A stretch of DNA of 64,000 nucleotides from Squalus acanthias. Its lineage: Eukaryota. Location of the stretch: contig CM059432.1 of assembly GCA_030390025.1 (NCBI GenBank), positions 12,648,001-12,712,000 on the forward strand, written 5' to 3'. The notes under the pieces were generated by a model that saw only the letters and a list, made by a program, of their open reading frames with translations, ran no database searches and had not been told where the DNA came from. This document shows, one piece after another, positions 37,952 to 51,321 of the stretch. The translations under genes and the position numbers were made by a program. Each line of letters begins with the position of its first letter. Position 1 is the first letter of the stretch.

Positions 37952-38894
37952 TATTTATATTTAAATATTCATTATCTTAAAATAAGTGCTTTAAAGTGGA
38001 GATTAACATCAGGATGTATTATAGTTTGCTTTGAAGGGATCAGATTTTAACTTTGGGACATCTAAAGCCTCTCATTATTTTCTGGTGATATGAAAAAATC
38101 ATTTATTTTTAAAGCCAGTTTGAAACATTCTTACAAATTATTGTATGGAACATCACGCTTTGTTGTATAAATTATTGTACAATTTGTGAAAACAATTCTT
38201 CTAAAATAAGTGCTGAATCTCACAGAATGAATTATAGAAGGCAGACCTTGTGTAATTTATTGCTTCTGATTCTCTGCAGTTCATCTCTCCTGTACTGATT
38301 GTGTCTTTAGTTCTGGACACTCATCCATTTTAGTGGGTGGGTGTGAGGTTTCCTGTTTCACCGCTGTAATTCTTTTAACAAACAAGAACAAAGTTCAGAT
38401 AAATCTTTTGCCATCTACTGAGCTCTCTTGTCAAGAGGTTCCTCCCAGGACCATCTGTTTGGTAATTCGCGGAAAACGATATCTTTAGATTGTAGCGGAG
38501 TGCTGGTGGGGCAGTGCAGTGTGGAACTGCGGCCCTTCAAACACAAAACATCAAGCCAAAAGCTTTTCCACCCTGTTTATCTCAAATAGCCAAGTGCACA
38601 TTACACTTGCAATCAGTTTCAAAGTAAAAGATACCACTTTAGCATTCTCCAGGAAATGATATAGTTCACTTCTGAGTCAACTGCTGGGCAGAAATCCAAC
38701 TGAGGGCTTGGGTGGTACCACAAACTGTGCTAGCACACCTCAATCTGTTGGCGTGCCCTCGGTTTACTGGCTGACTGCCCGTTTCCGTTCTGGAGGCGAA
38801 CTCACACTTACTTCTACTACGAGAGCCTAGAGGACATTGTAATTGAATCACGGTTTTCTTTGGTGTCTTCTCTCCTTCATCATGCACAAATTTC

Positions 38895-39265
38895 CCTGTA
38901 AGGGCTTGACAGGGTAGATGCAGGGAGGATGTTTACCCTGGCTGGGGAGTCTAGAACCAGGGGTCACCGTCTCAGAATAAGGGGTCGACCATTTAGGATT
39001 GAGATGAGGAGAAATTTCTTCACTCAGAGGGTGGTGAATCTTTGGAATTTTCTACCCCAGACGGCTGTGGAGGCTCAGTCATTGAGTATATTCAAGACAG
39101 AGATCGATAGATTTTTGAATATTAAGGGAATCAAGGGATATGGGGATCGTTCAGGAAAGTGGAGATGGGGTAGAAAATCAGCCATGATCTTATTGAATGG
39201 CGGAGCAGGCTCGAACGGCCAAATGGCCTACTCCTGCTCCTATTTCTTATGTTCTTATGTTCTTA
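38895..39265 (+). mobile_element. CR1 lineage A 3' end
   Basis: ORF SRTRGHRLRIRGRPFRIEMRRNFFTQRVVNLWN; (ttcttatg)n tail. Confidence 0.9.
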
Positions 39266-39334
39266 TATCTTATACCACTGAAGAGGCACGCTCACCCATT
39301 AACAAGTGAGAATAACTTCAATGCAAGTGCATGC

Positions 39335-40665
39335 TCATAGAATCATACAGCACAGAAGGAGGCCTTTCAGCCCATCGTGCCTGCGCCGGCTCTTTGGAAG
39401 AACTCTCCAATTAGTCCCACTCCCCCTGCTCTTTCCCCGTAGCCCTGCAATTGTTTCCTTTTCAAGTATTTGTCCAATTCTCTTTTGAAAGTCACGATTG
39501 AATCTGCTTCCACCACTCTTTTAAGCAGTGCATTCCAGATCCTAACAACACGCTGCATAAAAAAATGTCTTTTTTTTAATTTGTTTATGGGATCAGGGCG
39601 TCGCTGGCAATGCTGGCATTTATTGCCCATCCCTAATTGCTCTTGAGAAGGCGGTGGTAAGCCGCCTTCTTGAACCGCTGCAGTCCATGTGGTGAAGGTA
39701 CTCCCACAGTGCTGTTAGAGAGGGAGTTCCAGGATTTTGACCCAGCGACGATGAAGGATCGGCGATATACTTCTAAGTCAGGATGGTGTGTGACTTGGAG
39801 GGGAACTTGGAGGTGGTGGTGTTCCCATGCGCCTGCTGCCCTTGTCCTTCTAGGTGGAAGAGGTCACGGATTTGGGAGGTGCTGCCGAAGAAGACTTGGC
39901 GAGTTGCTGCAGTGCATCTTGTAGATGGTACACACTGCAGCCACGGTACGCCGGTGGTGGAGGGAGTGAATGTTTAAGGTGGTGGATGGGGTGCCAATCA
40001 AGCGGGCTGCTTTGTCCTGGATGGTGTCGAGCTTCTTGACTGTTGTTGGAGCTGCACTCATCCAGGCAAGTGGAGAGTATTCCATCACACTCCTTACTTG
40101 TGCCTTGCAGATAATGGAAAGGCTTTGGGGAGTCAGGAGGTGAGACACTCGCTGCAGAATACCTAGCCTCTGACCTGCTCTTGTTGCCACAGTATTTATG
40201 TGGTTGGTCCAGTTAAGTTTCTGGTTAATGGTGACCCCTAGGATATTGATAGCGGGGGATTCGGCAATGGTAATGCCATTGAATGTCAAGGGGAGATGGT
40301 TAGACTCTCGCTTGTTGGAGATAGTCATTGCCTGGCACTTCTGTGGCACGAATGTTACCTGCCACTTATCAGCCCAAGCCTGAACGTTGTCCAGGTCTTG
40401 TTACATGCGGGCATGGACTGCTTCATTATCTGTGGAGTTGCGAATGGCACTGAACACTGTGCAGTCATCAGCGAACATCCCCATTTCTGACCTTATGTTG
40501 GAGGGAAGGTCATTGATGAATCAGCTGAAGATGGTTGGGCCTAGGACACTGCCCTGAGGAACTCCTGCAGCGATGTCCTGGGGCTGTGATGATTGACCTT
40601 CAATCACCACAACCATCTTCCTTTGTGCTAGGTATGACTCCAGCCAGTGGAGCATTTTCTCCCAA
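39335..40665 (-). mobile_element. Adjacent CR1 lineage A tail (39335-39570) and lineage B fragment (39570-40665)
   Basis: ORF 39864-40349 (ILGVTINQKLNW, KAQVRSVMEYSPLAW) and characteristic 3' UTRs. Confidence 0.88.
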
Positions 40666-40974
40666 TTTTGGTGTATTAATAGTGTGCAAACGGTACAAGA
40701 AAATTTTCATGGCAACAAAATGGGACTGAAATTGTTTCTGCCCATTTTCTGCCATTACATCACATCCCCCAGTTCTGTCACGGCTTTTGGCTCCTCCTGC
40801 AATCCACCTGCCAAGTCCTGAGTGCACTCATTTCCATATCACCTTTCCACCATCTACAAGGCACAAGTCAGAAGTGTGATGGAATACTTTCCACTTGCCT
40901 GGATGAGTGCTGCTCCAACAACACTCAAGAAGCTCGACACCATCCAGGACAAAGCAGCCCGCTTGATCGGCAGT

Positions 40975-41882
40975 GAATGGTGAGACATAACGGAATCCCC
41001 CGCAATGGTGGTGAGTGTGAAAGGAATGGCTTGGGCATTGTAGGGATGCTTTATGGTGTTGGTGTGGGGTGGTGCCAACCTGGCGCATCATGTGGCAGCC
41101 AGGGTGTACAGCGTCAAGTAAAGTAAATCTGGCCATGGTGAGGCCATCCCTGGCCTCCCAGGCAGCAATATGGCCGGGTGCTGATGCCCTGTGTCCTGTG
41201 CAGCATCAGTTGATTGGGGAGAAGGTTGATGTTGTTGTTGGTGCTGCTGGTGTGCCTGGTGCTGCTGGTTTGCCTGGTGATGCTGGTGTTGGGGCTGATC
41301 GTGGTGGGATTCTAAGGACCAAAGTGAGAGAGTATCAAGGGCACCCATACTGATGGAATAGATGGCAGGTGAAGTTGAGATGACAGAAGCAATCTGTCAA
41401 TGGTGGAATTGATAATGAGGTCAGACTGGATGGAGACTTGTGTAAAGACTTGCAGCATCCTGAATCTGTAGTGGGAATACAGTTTAGAGAATCTAGTGGT
41501 TAAGGGAACATTTCTGAATTAGCTTGGAGCTTTGACTTGACATTTGAAGCTGTCAACTCATCAGCTGATTCAATGGCCACTGACCTCCCACCTCAGCTTC
41601 ACAGACGAGGTCTAGGCACAGCGGGAAACCGGTGGGCGACCTGTTAAATCCAAAATGCTGGGAAAAAACCATTGATAAGTGGCGGTAAACAAGCCACTAA
41701 TGATTTTAGTTGCCTCCCCCACCGTTGCATGTCGGGTCTGCTCAGCGCTGACAGACCCGACATTTGGGAAAGGCGGGTGGCGGCGGGTTCACAGCGGGGT
41801 CCCGACCCGCTGGGGAATAAAAACACTTTCCCACCCGACCCGCCACTGATGGTGCCCCCTGACCCCCCGCAAAATCCAGCCC
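40975..41882 (-). mobile_element. One end of a Harbinger-derived non-autonomous element
   Basis: Terminus GCAAAATCCAGCCC + tta, the same TIR class as 2895 and 58707; contains a Q/H-rich ORF start (41088-41348). Confidence 0.6.
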
Positions 41883-42888
41883 TTAGTTTCCTGCTTTTAT
41901 ACTCGCAGTGCACTCTGGGTAACTTAGACTGAGATTGGTAAAGCACAGCCGCTGCCAGGAGACAGGCAGAAGTGAGGAGTTGCTGAGCATCTAGTGTCTG
42001 GAGAGTTGACTCGTGATGTCTGCAGTCACACAACACATTTTGCAGTGATTTCTTTTGTCATTCTTCTGGGCTTTTTTTCTTATTGCTTCTGAAAGAGTCA
42101 GAACACATCCTACCTTCAGTGAGGGCTTCTCAGAAGTAGTTACGACATGCCCTTTGGGCATTCCCTTATATGCTTTTATCATGGAGGAGGAAGAAGAGCA
42201 GCACAGAATGCAGCAAAGGTGAGGTCAGGCAGCATTTAAGGAGGACACAACGCACCAGATATTACCCCTCCCACCATTGAACATACAGACAGCACAGGTC
42301 ATATGAGGGCCTTACTGAGGAGTTGTATATAGGAACAGTGCGCCTTAGCAAAGAGGAAATATGTCGCTTCAGTCATCTACTGCAGGAGGACCTGCAGCCA
42401 CGCTCATTTGCCTGCACAGCTCTTTCAGCGGCTATGGAAGTGACCACGGCCCTCAATTCTATGGCATAAGCTCATTTCAAGTAACCAGAGGCGAGGGAGC
42501 AGTACGGGCACACATTCATCAGGTGACTGACACACTTTACAGCACAACTGGAGAATTCATCGCCTTTGGCATTATAGAAGGCAGCGGCGCGATAGGGCAG
42601 TTCAGCTCCATGGGGTTGCTGGCTGTTCCAAAGTTCAGGTTGGAAGCGATGGCACCCGCACATTGCTTTGCAAGCTCATACAGCTCATACAACTACCTCA
42701 GCGGGAAGGGCTGCCACTCCCTCTATGCACAGATTGTGTGTGACAACATGCACAAGGTCTTCCACGTCAATCACCAGTATTCTGCAGTTGTCACGATGCC
42801 ATCATCCTTCGAAATTCGATCCGCCTCGATCTCTTTTCCCATTAGCAGAAGAAGCCATCCATTAACAACAACAACAACAACAACAACT

Positions 42889-44629
42889 TCCCTAGATGCG
42901 GGGGAGGTGCCTGAGGATTGGAAAGTGGCAAATGTGACACCATTGTTCAAGAAAGGGTGTAAGGACAATTCTAGTAACTACAGGCCGGTCAGTTTAACAT
43001 CAGTGGTGGGTAAAGTTTTAGAAACAATAATCAAGGAAAAATTAATGGGCACTTGAATAAGGGGTCGCCCATTTAAGACGGAGATGAGAAGGAATTTCTT
43101 CTCTCAGAGGGTCGTGAATCTTTGGAATTCTCTACCCCGGAGAGTTGTGGAGGCAGAGTCACTGAATATATTCAAGGCGGAGATTGACAGACATTTGAAC
43201 TACAAGGGAGTCAAGGGGTATGGGGAGTGAGCGGGAAAGTGGTGTTGAGGACAAGATTGGATCAGCCATGATCTTATTGAATGGCGGAGCAGGCTCGAGG
43301 GGCCGATTGGCCTACTCCTGCTCCTGTTTCTTATGTTCTTATGTTTAAGCTAATTAAGGAGAGCCAACATGGATTTGTAAAAGGCAGATCGTGTTCGACT
43401 AATCTAATTGAATTTTTTGATGAAGTAACAGAAATGAAGGGAATGCAATGGATGTTGTCTACATGGATTTTAGGAAGGCATTTGACAAAGTACCACATAG
43501 AAGGCTGGTGAACAAGATTGAGGCTCGTGGAATAGGTGGGTCAGTGGCTGCTTGGATAAGGAATTGGCTTAAGGACAGAAAAATGCTTGTTTTTCAGACT
43601 GGAGGATGGTGGACAGTGGTGTTACCCAAGGGTCAGTGCTGGGGTCACTGCTTTTTTTGATATATATAAATGACCTGGATGTTGGAATACAGAGTAGAAT
43701 TTCTAAATTTGCTGATGACACCAAACTTGGGGGTGTGGCAAACAGTGAGGATGATACCAATCGACTGCAACAGGACATAGAAAGGTTAGCAGAATGGGAA
43801 GACAAGTGGCAGATGGAATTTAATACAGAGAAGTGTGAGGTGATGCATTTTGGTAGAAGGAATAGGGAGAAGCAATATACACTTAATGGCACAGTTTTAA
43901 AGAGTGTGCAGGGACAGAGGGACCTGGGAGTTAATGTGCATAGGTCCCTGAAGGTGGCAGGACATATTGAGAGAGTGGTTAGCAAAGCATATGGGATCTT
44001 GGGTTTCATAAATAGAGGTATTGAGTACAAAAGTAGAGAAGTTATGCTGAACCTTTATAAAGCGCTGGTTGGGCCACAACTGGAGTATTGCGTCCAGTTC
44101 TGGTCACCACACTTTAGGAAGCATGTGAAGGCCCTTGAGAGGGTGCAGAGGAGATTTACCAGAATGGTTCTGGGGATGGGGGATCTTAGCTACAAGGACA
44201 GGTTGGAGAAGCTGGATTTGTTTTCATTAGAGCAAAGGAGGTTGAGGGGTGATTTGATAGAGGTGTACAAGATCATGACGGATTTGGATAGGCTAGACGG
44301 GGTAAGGCTGTTCTCACTAGTTGATGGTACAAGGACTAGGGGGACACAGATTTAAGGTTTTGGGCAAGAGATACAGGGGGGGATGTGAGGAAAACCTTTT
44401 TTACACAGCGAGTGGTGATGACCTGGAATTCGCTGCTGACGGAAGTGGTGGAAGCGGAGGCAGTCAATGTGTTCAAGGGGAGACTGGATAGGCACTTGAG
44501 GGAAATAAACTTGCAGGGCTACGGGGATAGAGCGGGGGAATGGGACTGACTGGATTGCTCTACCGAGAGCCGGCACGGACTCGATGGGCCGAATGGCCTC
44601 CTTCTCTGCTGTTATGACTCTATGACTAT
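42889..44629 (+). mobile_element. CR1 lineage A, 5'-truncated, containing a nested CR1 tail (about 43055-43345)
   Basis: ORFs 43448-43660 and 43606-44355 carry RT motifs; (tatgactc)n tail; sits inside the (caa)n tail of an L2. Confidence 0.92.
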
Positions 44630-44848
44630 GACTTGCATTTATATAGCAACTTTAACATAGTAAAATGTCCCAGTGCAGTTCACAGGAGCGTTATCAATCA
44701 ATATTTGACACTGAGCCACATAAGGAGATATTAGGACAAGTCACAAAAAGCTTGGTCAAAGAGATAGATTTTAAGGAGCATCTTAAAGCAGGAAAGAGAG
44801 GATGCAAGGCGGAGAGGTTTAGGGAGGGAATTCCAGAGCTTAGGGCCT
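44630..44848 (-). mobile_element. L2 3' end (its (caa)n tail lies at 42863-42888)
   Basis: Matches 37637-37860. Confidence 0.8.
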
Positions 44849-45509
44849 TGACAGTTGAAGAAAATCATGTTAATGGACAACTTCTGGGTGACAAAGCCTA
44901 TCTCCCGACTCCCATGGATAATGATCCCAGAAAGTACGACACCAACCAGCTCATAGTAAATTTATTTCTGTGCTGTTTATAATTCAGGTGATGATTGGGC
45001 AGGTTCCATTTTATGTTTGCAAATGGAAAGGTGGTTTTGGAAGCTGGGAAGTTTCATGTGCAGAATCAGGGCTCATTCTATCTAAAAAGCAACAGCTCAA
45101 ACATGACTCAAGCACAGCTCTCCACACAGTCTCAGATTTGACCAACTGGATTAATGCAGAATTAGGCTGGACCAACGACGAGGCAGATTCTTCACCAAGG
45201 CTGCTGGGTGAGGTCACAAGGCTTGTTCCTGTTTTAAACCAGGACTCGTCAGACAGAATCGAGCAGAACTGGAAACCAAAACAAGCGCTCCCTTTTTCAA
45301 CGAGAAGCACCACAAAGATAAAAGAGGTGGGAGTTCAGTCTAAACAAAAATGCAAATTAATACTTAGTGCAAACATAGGGTGAACGGTGCAGTATGCATT
45401 CTATGGTGCCCACTGGTAGCAGAAGGTTTCCAACAAGTCGGTGGACATCAAACATTCATGCTCTAGGCTTATCTGGATGTGGGGTGGACCGTTTGTCAGC
45501 CATCCCATT

Positions 45510-47682
45510 TTCATAGAAATTTACAGCACGGAAGGAGGCCAATTCGGCCCATCGTGTCCGCGCCGGCTGACAAAGAGCTATCCAGCCTAATCCCACTTTC
45601 CAGCTCTTGGTCCGTAGCCCTGTAGGTTCCGGCACTTCAAGTGCACATCCAAGTACTTTTTAAATGTAGTGAGGGTTTCTGCCTCTACCACCCTTTCAGG
45701 CAGTGAGTTCCAGACCCCCACCACCCTCTGGGTGTAGAAATTTCCCCTCAAATCCCCTCTAAACTTCCTACCAATTACTTTAAATCTATGCCCCCTGGTT
45801 GTTGACTCCTCTGCTAAGGGAAATAGGTCCTTCCTGCCCACTCTATCTAGGCCTCTCATAATTTTATAAAGTCTCCCCGCAGCTTCCTCTGTTCCAAAGA
45901 AAACAAACCCAGCCTATCCAATCTTTCCTTGCAGCTAAAATTCTCCAGTCCAGGCAACATCCTTGTAAATCTCCTCTGTACCCTCTCCAGTGCAATCACA
46001 TCCTTCCTGTAACATGGTGACCAGAACTGCACGCAGTACTCTAGCTGTGGCCTAACTAGTGTTTTATATGGTTCAAGCATAACCTCCCTGCTCTTGTATT
46101 CTATGCCTCGGCTAATAAAGGCAAGTATTCCGTATGCCTTCTTAACCACCTTATCTACTTGGCCTGCTACCTTCAGGGATCTGTAGACATGCACTCCAAG
46201 TGTGAAGGAATAAGCCATATTCAGAAAAATACACCATTCTATGAAATAATTCTGGCCTTATTAAAACATGACAAACTGGGCTTGAAAATCTAAAAACCTG
46301 GCTAAGAAAAGCTGTATTGTTAACAGCATTCAGGCTATTAGGATAAGATAAGTTGTTGACACTGAATCAATAACCTTATTGTAACAGGAGGTTGGAGGCT
46401 CCTGAAGTCTGAAGCTTTGGAAAGAACACAATGGTACACCCAGTTAAGGTGTTCTAAATTACACTTCAGAAAGAAACACATAAAATTAAGAAACATATGC
46501 CTTCGTAAAAATGACATCAAATGAAACACAGGAGACACGATTCTGTGTTGCAACCAGCTGAGGTAACTAAGAATTGCATAGATCACCCTGGTTGAGGTGT
46601 TTTAATTCACACGTCGTAAAAAGACACAAACAAAAGACCTTGGTAAAAATTACATCAAATAGATGCACCTGCTGTTACACCGTTTTTTATGATAAGCTTC
46701 GAACACCTAAAGGAAAGACATGAGTCTGCATTGCTACCAGCTGAGGTGACTGTAAGAATTGCAGGGGTCAGCAGAAAAATGACTAGAGATAATTAGCTTA
46801 CATCAGCAGAAAACTTCAAAGGAGATACCACTGAAAAATGGATATAAATATTGAATTTTCAAATGGGATGATAGTCTCGCTGTAAAGGGGCAAAGCGATT
46901 CTCAGGCTTCAGAGGCAGGCTCTGTAAGTCTATAACTCTTTGTACCCCGGGGATCAAGGTATTGTACTGTATTTGATTTTGGTGGATATCCTGGAATAAG
47001 ACTAAGAACTGTAAAACTGTAGAGAAGTTAAGATTTGAGAATAAGGATCTCTGATAAGAATTGTAAGCGTTCTCTTTTTGGAACTGTTAATGTTGCGATT
47101 GAAACACCTACTATAATTACATGTCGGTTCTTTAATAAATCTATATATCTTTAGAATTGTCTCACATAAGACTTCTGTATTAAACTTGCGAACTCAATCT
47201 CTGTACACTCTTTGGTGAGGAGTTGCAGAATTCTGGGGGAGTTTTCCGGACTCTCATAATATCCGGAACGTTACAGTCTAGCTAAACTTATTAAAAGTGC
47301 TATCTGGAGGACGGTAACATCTTCAGGTTGTTCATTTCCTTTAGGGAGAGATGGTCCAGACCTTTAGACCCAGTTAAGTGTCTTTAGGATTCGGCTACCT
47401 CAAACTTTAGTTGAAAGTGAACGTCTGGGGAATACGCCTGATCCGGGGTAGCCCTAAAGGGGCTAGGACTAGTAATAATCCCTTCACAAGGTCCCTTTGT
47501 TCCTCTACACTACTCAATATCCTACCATTTAATGTGTATTCCCTTGCCTTGTTAGCCCTCCCCAAATGCATTACCTCACACTTCTCCAGATTGAATTCCA
47601 TTTGCCACTGTTCTGCCCACCTGACCAATTCATTGATATCTTCCTACAGTCTACAGCTTCCTTCTTCAGTATCAACCACACA
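45510..47682 (-). mobile_element. CR1 lineage A fragment split by a solo LTR
   Basis: ORFs 45587-45859, 45856-46218 and 47407-47628; the host sequence catgcactccaag|gtccctttgttcc rejoins once the LTR is removed. Confidence 0.92.
46201..47486 (+). mobile_element. Solo LTR of 1286 bp (retrovirus or LTR retrotransposon)
   Basis: Termini TGTGAAGG...CCTTCA, 4-bp TSD CAAG (46197-200 and 47487-90), TATAAA at 46843, AATAAA at 47134, internal U3 direct repeats. Confidence 0.85.
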
Positions 47683-47964
47683 GCAAAGGGGCTACATAAC
47701 GAACATAAACCTATCTTTATCTTTCAGTTTCTGACACACCCGCTGTCCATTTCTAGCATTTTCTGTTTTTTTTACCCAATTTCTAGCATTTGCAATCTGC
47801 TCTTTTTGTCTCTTCTGGCTGTGGTAATTGGTTTGATACTGGGAAAAATGAAGGATCGAAGAAACTGTTTTTGAACAGTGGCCCACAATATAAATTTCCA
47901 ATTGAAACAAGCTGAATAGGCCAAATGGTGTTTGTGTTATTCCTGCTATGTTCTTATTAATTAG

Positions 47965-48393
47965 ACTCAGTGGCTCAGTGGGTAGTGCTTTCACCTCTGA
48001 GTCAGAAGGTTGTGGTTTCATAGTCCCACTCCAGAGACTTGAGCACAAATATTTAGGCTGAGGGAGTGCTGCACTGTCTTTTGGATGAGAGATTAAACTG
48101 AGGCTCCGTCTGGTCTCTCAGCTGGACATAAAAGTACCCATGGCACTATTTTGAAGAAGAGCAAAAGAATTCCTTCTCCCGGCCAATATTTATCCCTCAA
48201 CCAACATCACTAAATAGCAGATTAACTGGTCATTATCACAGTGCTGTTTGTGGGACCTTGTGTGTAAATTGGCTGCCGCGTTCCCTACATTACAACAGTG
48301 ACTGCACTTCAAAAAGTACTTCATTGGCTGTAAAGTGCTTTGGGACATCCTGAGGTTGTGAAAGGTGCTATATAAATGCAAGTCTTTCTTTCT
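47965..48393 (+). mobile_element. SacSINE1-like DeuSINE
   Basis: Head gtggctcagtgggtagtg..ctctgagtcagaagg, body and tail. Confidence 0.9.
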
Positions 48394-49164
48394 TACTAAC
48401 ACAATTTATCAACATTTGTACTATAATTTCTAAAGTTAATGGAGGGGAGATTTTTACAGATTAATTTGTACAGACTTGGGAATTCCCAGAAAGGAGATTT
48501 TCCTAATTTTGGTGTTTTTACTTCATGTCAATCATAAATTGTTAAACTGGGGCTCAGGGTTCACAGTGAATTCCAGTGAACCACGAGGTCATCAGATTTC
48601 TCTATTTCTTTAAAGTAAAATGGTACAGCAGTTCATTTTCACCCCTCTGTGAAACTATTAACACATTCTTAGGGTTTTACTTTGTACCTATGAGATTGAT
48701 GTGGTGCATAACAAGACAAATTGCTGCATGAGAACCATATATTGTAGGGGTGCTGCATCTGGGAAAAGGATTTGTAAATGGAATGGTATGTTTTTAGCAG
48801 AAGCATAGCACGATAGAACTGAATGGGGAAGAGTCCACGCTTGAATAAAACTTACTCTTAAGTCGAACCTGCATCTTCTGGAGTATATTTTAGCCCTGTA
48901 CCTAAAATGTTTAATTGTATTGCTTAGTTTGCAACTAAATATGAGTTAACAAAATATTTAATATGCACTATTGTTGCATCTAGTGTGATGAACACAAAAT
49001 TATTCTAGTTACAAGCTGTGTATTGCACTAGGAGGCAAATCATCAAATGAGACTTCTTGAATTTTGCAAATAGGTGATTATTTCAGCCTAGTGTCCTACT
49101 GTAAAAATAAAAATGAAGATAACCACCTTCCTATTGCCTCAGAGGCTAAGTTCACTCTATGGTG

Positions 49165-49500
49165 CGATACATTTGACCCCTGGCCTACTTTGAGTTGGCC
49201 AATCTCAGCCAAGACAGCAGTGGAGGTGCACAATTGACTTCATTGCCCTGAGGCGATGGGGGAAATGAAAAATCAATCAAGATTCCTGCAGTCGATTCAG
49301 TGGTCCCTGCGAGGAGTAGACAGGAATGGAAATCAGGTGAAGACTGGATTGAGCTCAGCGGAAATAGCCCCCATGGAGGAAATAATCAGCAGACACTCAC
49401 TGTTCAGGCTCACACATGAAGAATGGACCCTTGGGACAGGGATACCATTGCTGGCACACCAGAAACATAGCATGAGTCACCAGCATCCAGTGAGGAGCAG
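49165..49500 (+). repeat. Ancient SINE-like interspersed repeat (pieces also near 12830-12905 on the minus strand, and at 15180-15225, 15485-15565 and 17390-17460)
   Basis: Motifs shared between the loci: gacactca.tg, ggctcacacatga.gaatg, catgagtca.c. Confidence 0.55.
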
Positions 49501-50789
49501 TAAAGACAGAACATTCTAACAAAGGAAAAAGCAACTTCGCCGAGCTCTGTTCTCTCCAGCGGCCCTTGCAGTCTGTCTCTGTTTTCCCTCATAAATAGTA
49601 CCGTTGGCAATACTCCAATCTTGGTATGTATAATGGTGCATGTCCTGAAAGTGATCTGAGGTCAATAAGGTTCAACAATCCAATTACTTCTTTTCTAATG
49701 AAACCCGCTTCAGATTGCTGTAATAATCTTAAATGAGCTGTAATCAACTGCCTAACTTTCCCTAACCATTTCTCTTCGGTTCTTTAATCCCTATTAAAAT
49801 CATTTGGAGAAGATTTTGTTCACCATTTAAAGGAACTTTGGAGGGAGATCATCCCGTCTGCGGTAATGTTAATGGTCACCTAGTGGTTATAGCAGAACTA
49901 GAACCTTGCTTTTATTTTGATTACAGTAAACTCGCATTTTTCACATTTATTTACTGACATAATGTATTCTGCACAAGGGCTAAAATACCAACTAAGCCAA
50001 CTGTTATGGGATACGCTTGACTACAAGAAGACAATCATCAATTCTGCAAACTTTTTCATGTTAAGTATATGTGCTGTAATGCGGATTTAAGTTTCTTTTA
50101 AATATATCTTCTAATGCTCATGATTAACACTCCACCAATGCTGATAATGCCCTGCCCCCAACAATTGGCCAAATTGTTGTTTTTAAGCACTCTCTGGTCA
50201 TCCATCACTGAGTTTAAGTGTTTGCCTAAAATCTGATCTGGCAGTAAATGTAGCATTACAACTAAGAGCAACATAAGAATTGAGTCAGAAAAAGGATATT
50301 TGGCCCATTGAGCCAACTCCTGTCGCAGACCGTGTACAACGCATCCCACTTACTCAATGTTATCAATGCTCCTCCCTGACCCGCAAGTGAAACTCCAGAG
50401 CATCTGTCCATTCCCATATCACCACTATTTAATTCCGGCAGGTTGTTTTCCCACAGATTACAGTTCCTTGGCCCCTGAATGTTAGGTTGAGCTCTCTATC
50501 ATATTAGCCTACATTTCCTGTGAGTGATCATTTTTGTGCATTGAATGACATGATATAAAAATGTATAATGTTAAAATTAACCGACCAGAATATGAGTACT
50601 CAGTTATTGTGCTCACCTTGGTCACGAAGTGAGCCAACAAATTTACAGCACAGAAGAAGTCCATTTGGCTGGTCACACCTGGATCAATTCTAGTTCTTCA
50701 TCTGAACTATCTGCTCTAATCCCATTTCCTTGAGCTTCCCCATATCTCTTTTATAAAATGATAGAAAACATGAATACTTTCTTTTCTTC

Positions 50790-51252
50790 TGGGATGAGAG
50801 GGTTGTCCTATGAGAAGAGATTGAGTAGATTGGGCCTATACTCTCTGGAGTTTAGAAGAATGAGAGGTGATCTCATTGAAACGTACAAGATTCTGAAGGG
50901 GATTGACAGGGTAGATGCTGAGAGGTTGTTTCCCCCTGGCTGGAGAGTCTAGAACTAGGGGGCATAGTCTCAGGATAAGGGGTAGGCCATTTAAGACTGA
51001 GATGAGGAGGAATTTCTTCACTCAGAGGGTTGTGAATCTTTGGAATTCTCAACCCAAAGGGCTGTGGATGCTGAGTCATTGAACATATTCAAGGCTGAGA
51101 TAGATAGATTTTTGAACTCGAGGGGAATCAAGAGATATGCAGGAAAGTGGAGTTGAGGTCGAAGATCAGCCATGATCTTATTGAACGGCGGAGCAGGCTC
51201 AAGCTGCCGTATGGCCTACTCCTGCTCCTAATTCTTATGTGCTTATGTTCTT
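50790..51252 (+). mobile_element. CR1 lineage A 3' end
   Basis: GMRGLSYEKRLSRLGLYSLEFRRMRGDLIETYKIL; (cttatgtt) tail. Confidence 0.9.
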
Positions 51253-51321
51253 GTTGAAGTTAATACATTTTTGTGGTACAGTTCCACCCATGGCCTTACT
51301 TCACAGACTCTGACAGTGGGT

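Larger units (their letters stand above)
42180..44935 (+). pseudogene. PIF/Harbinger DDE transposase remnant in two pieces (42180-42862 and 44849-44935)
   Basis: YRQHRSYEGLTEE..VRLSKEEICRFSHLLQEDLQP..EVTTALN/FYGISSFQ; NYLSGKGCHSLYAQIVCD; HDAIILRNS; after the inserts GQLLGDKAYL..PWIMIP (the LLGDxGY catalytic motif). Confidence 0.85.

Noticed and set aside
41088..41348. Q/H-rich ORF as a host low-complexity protein
   Set aside because: It lies inside a TIR-terminated transposon fragment, is short, and has no supporting exons.
42810..42888. Short sequence ending in (CAA)n as an independent retroposed RNA
   Set aside because: The (CAA)n is the displaced tail of the L2 at 44630, and the preceding bases continue the Harbinger transposase frame.
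44970..45383. 137-aa ORF in unique sequence with a possible acceptor (ttcag) and weak donor (gtggga)
   Set aside because: No recognisable homology or partner exons; needs BLAST or RNA-seq evidence.
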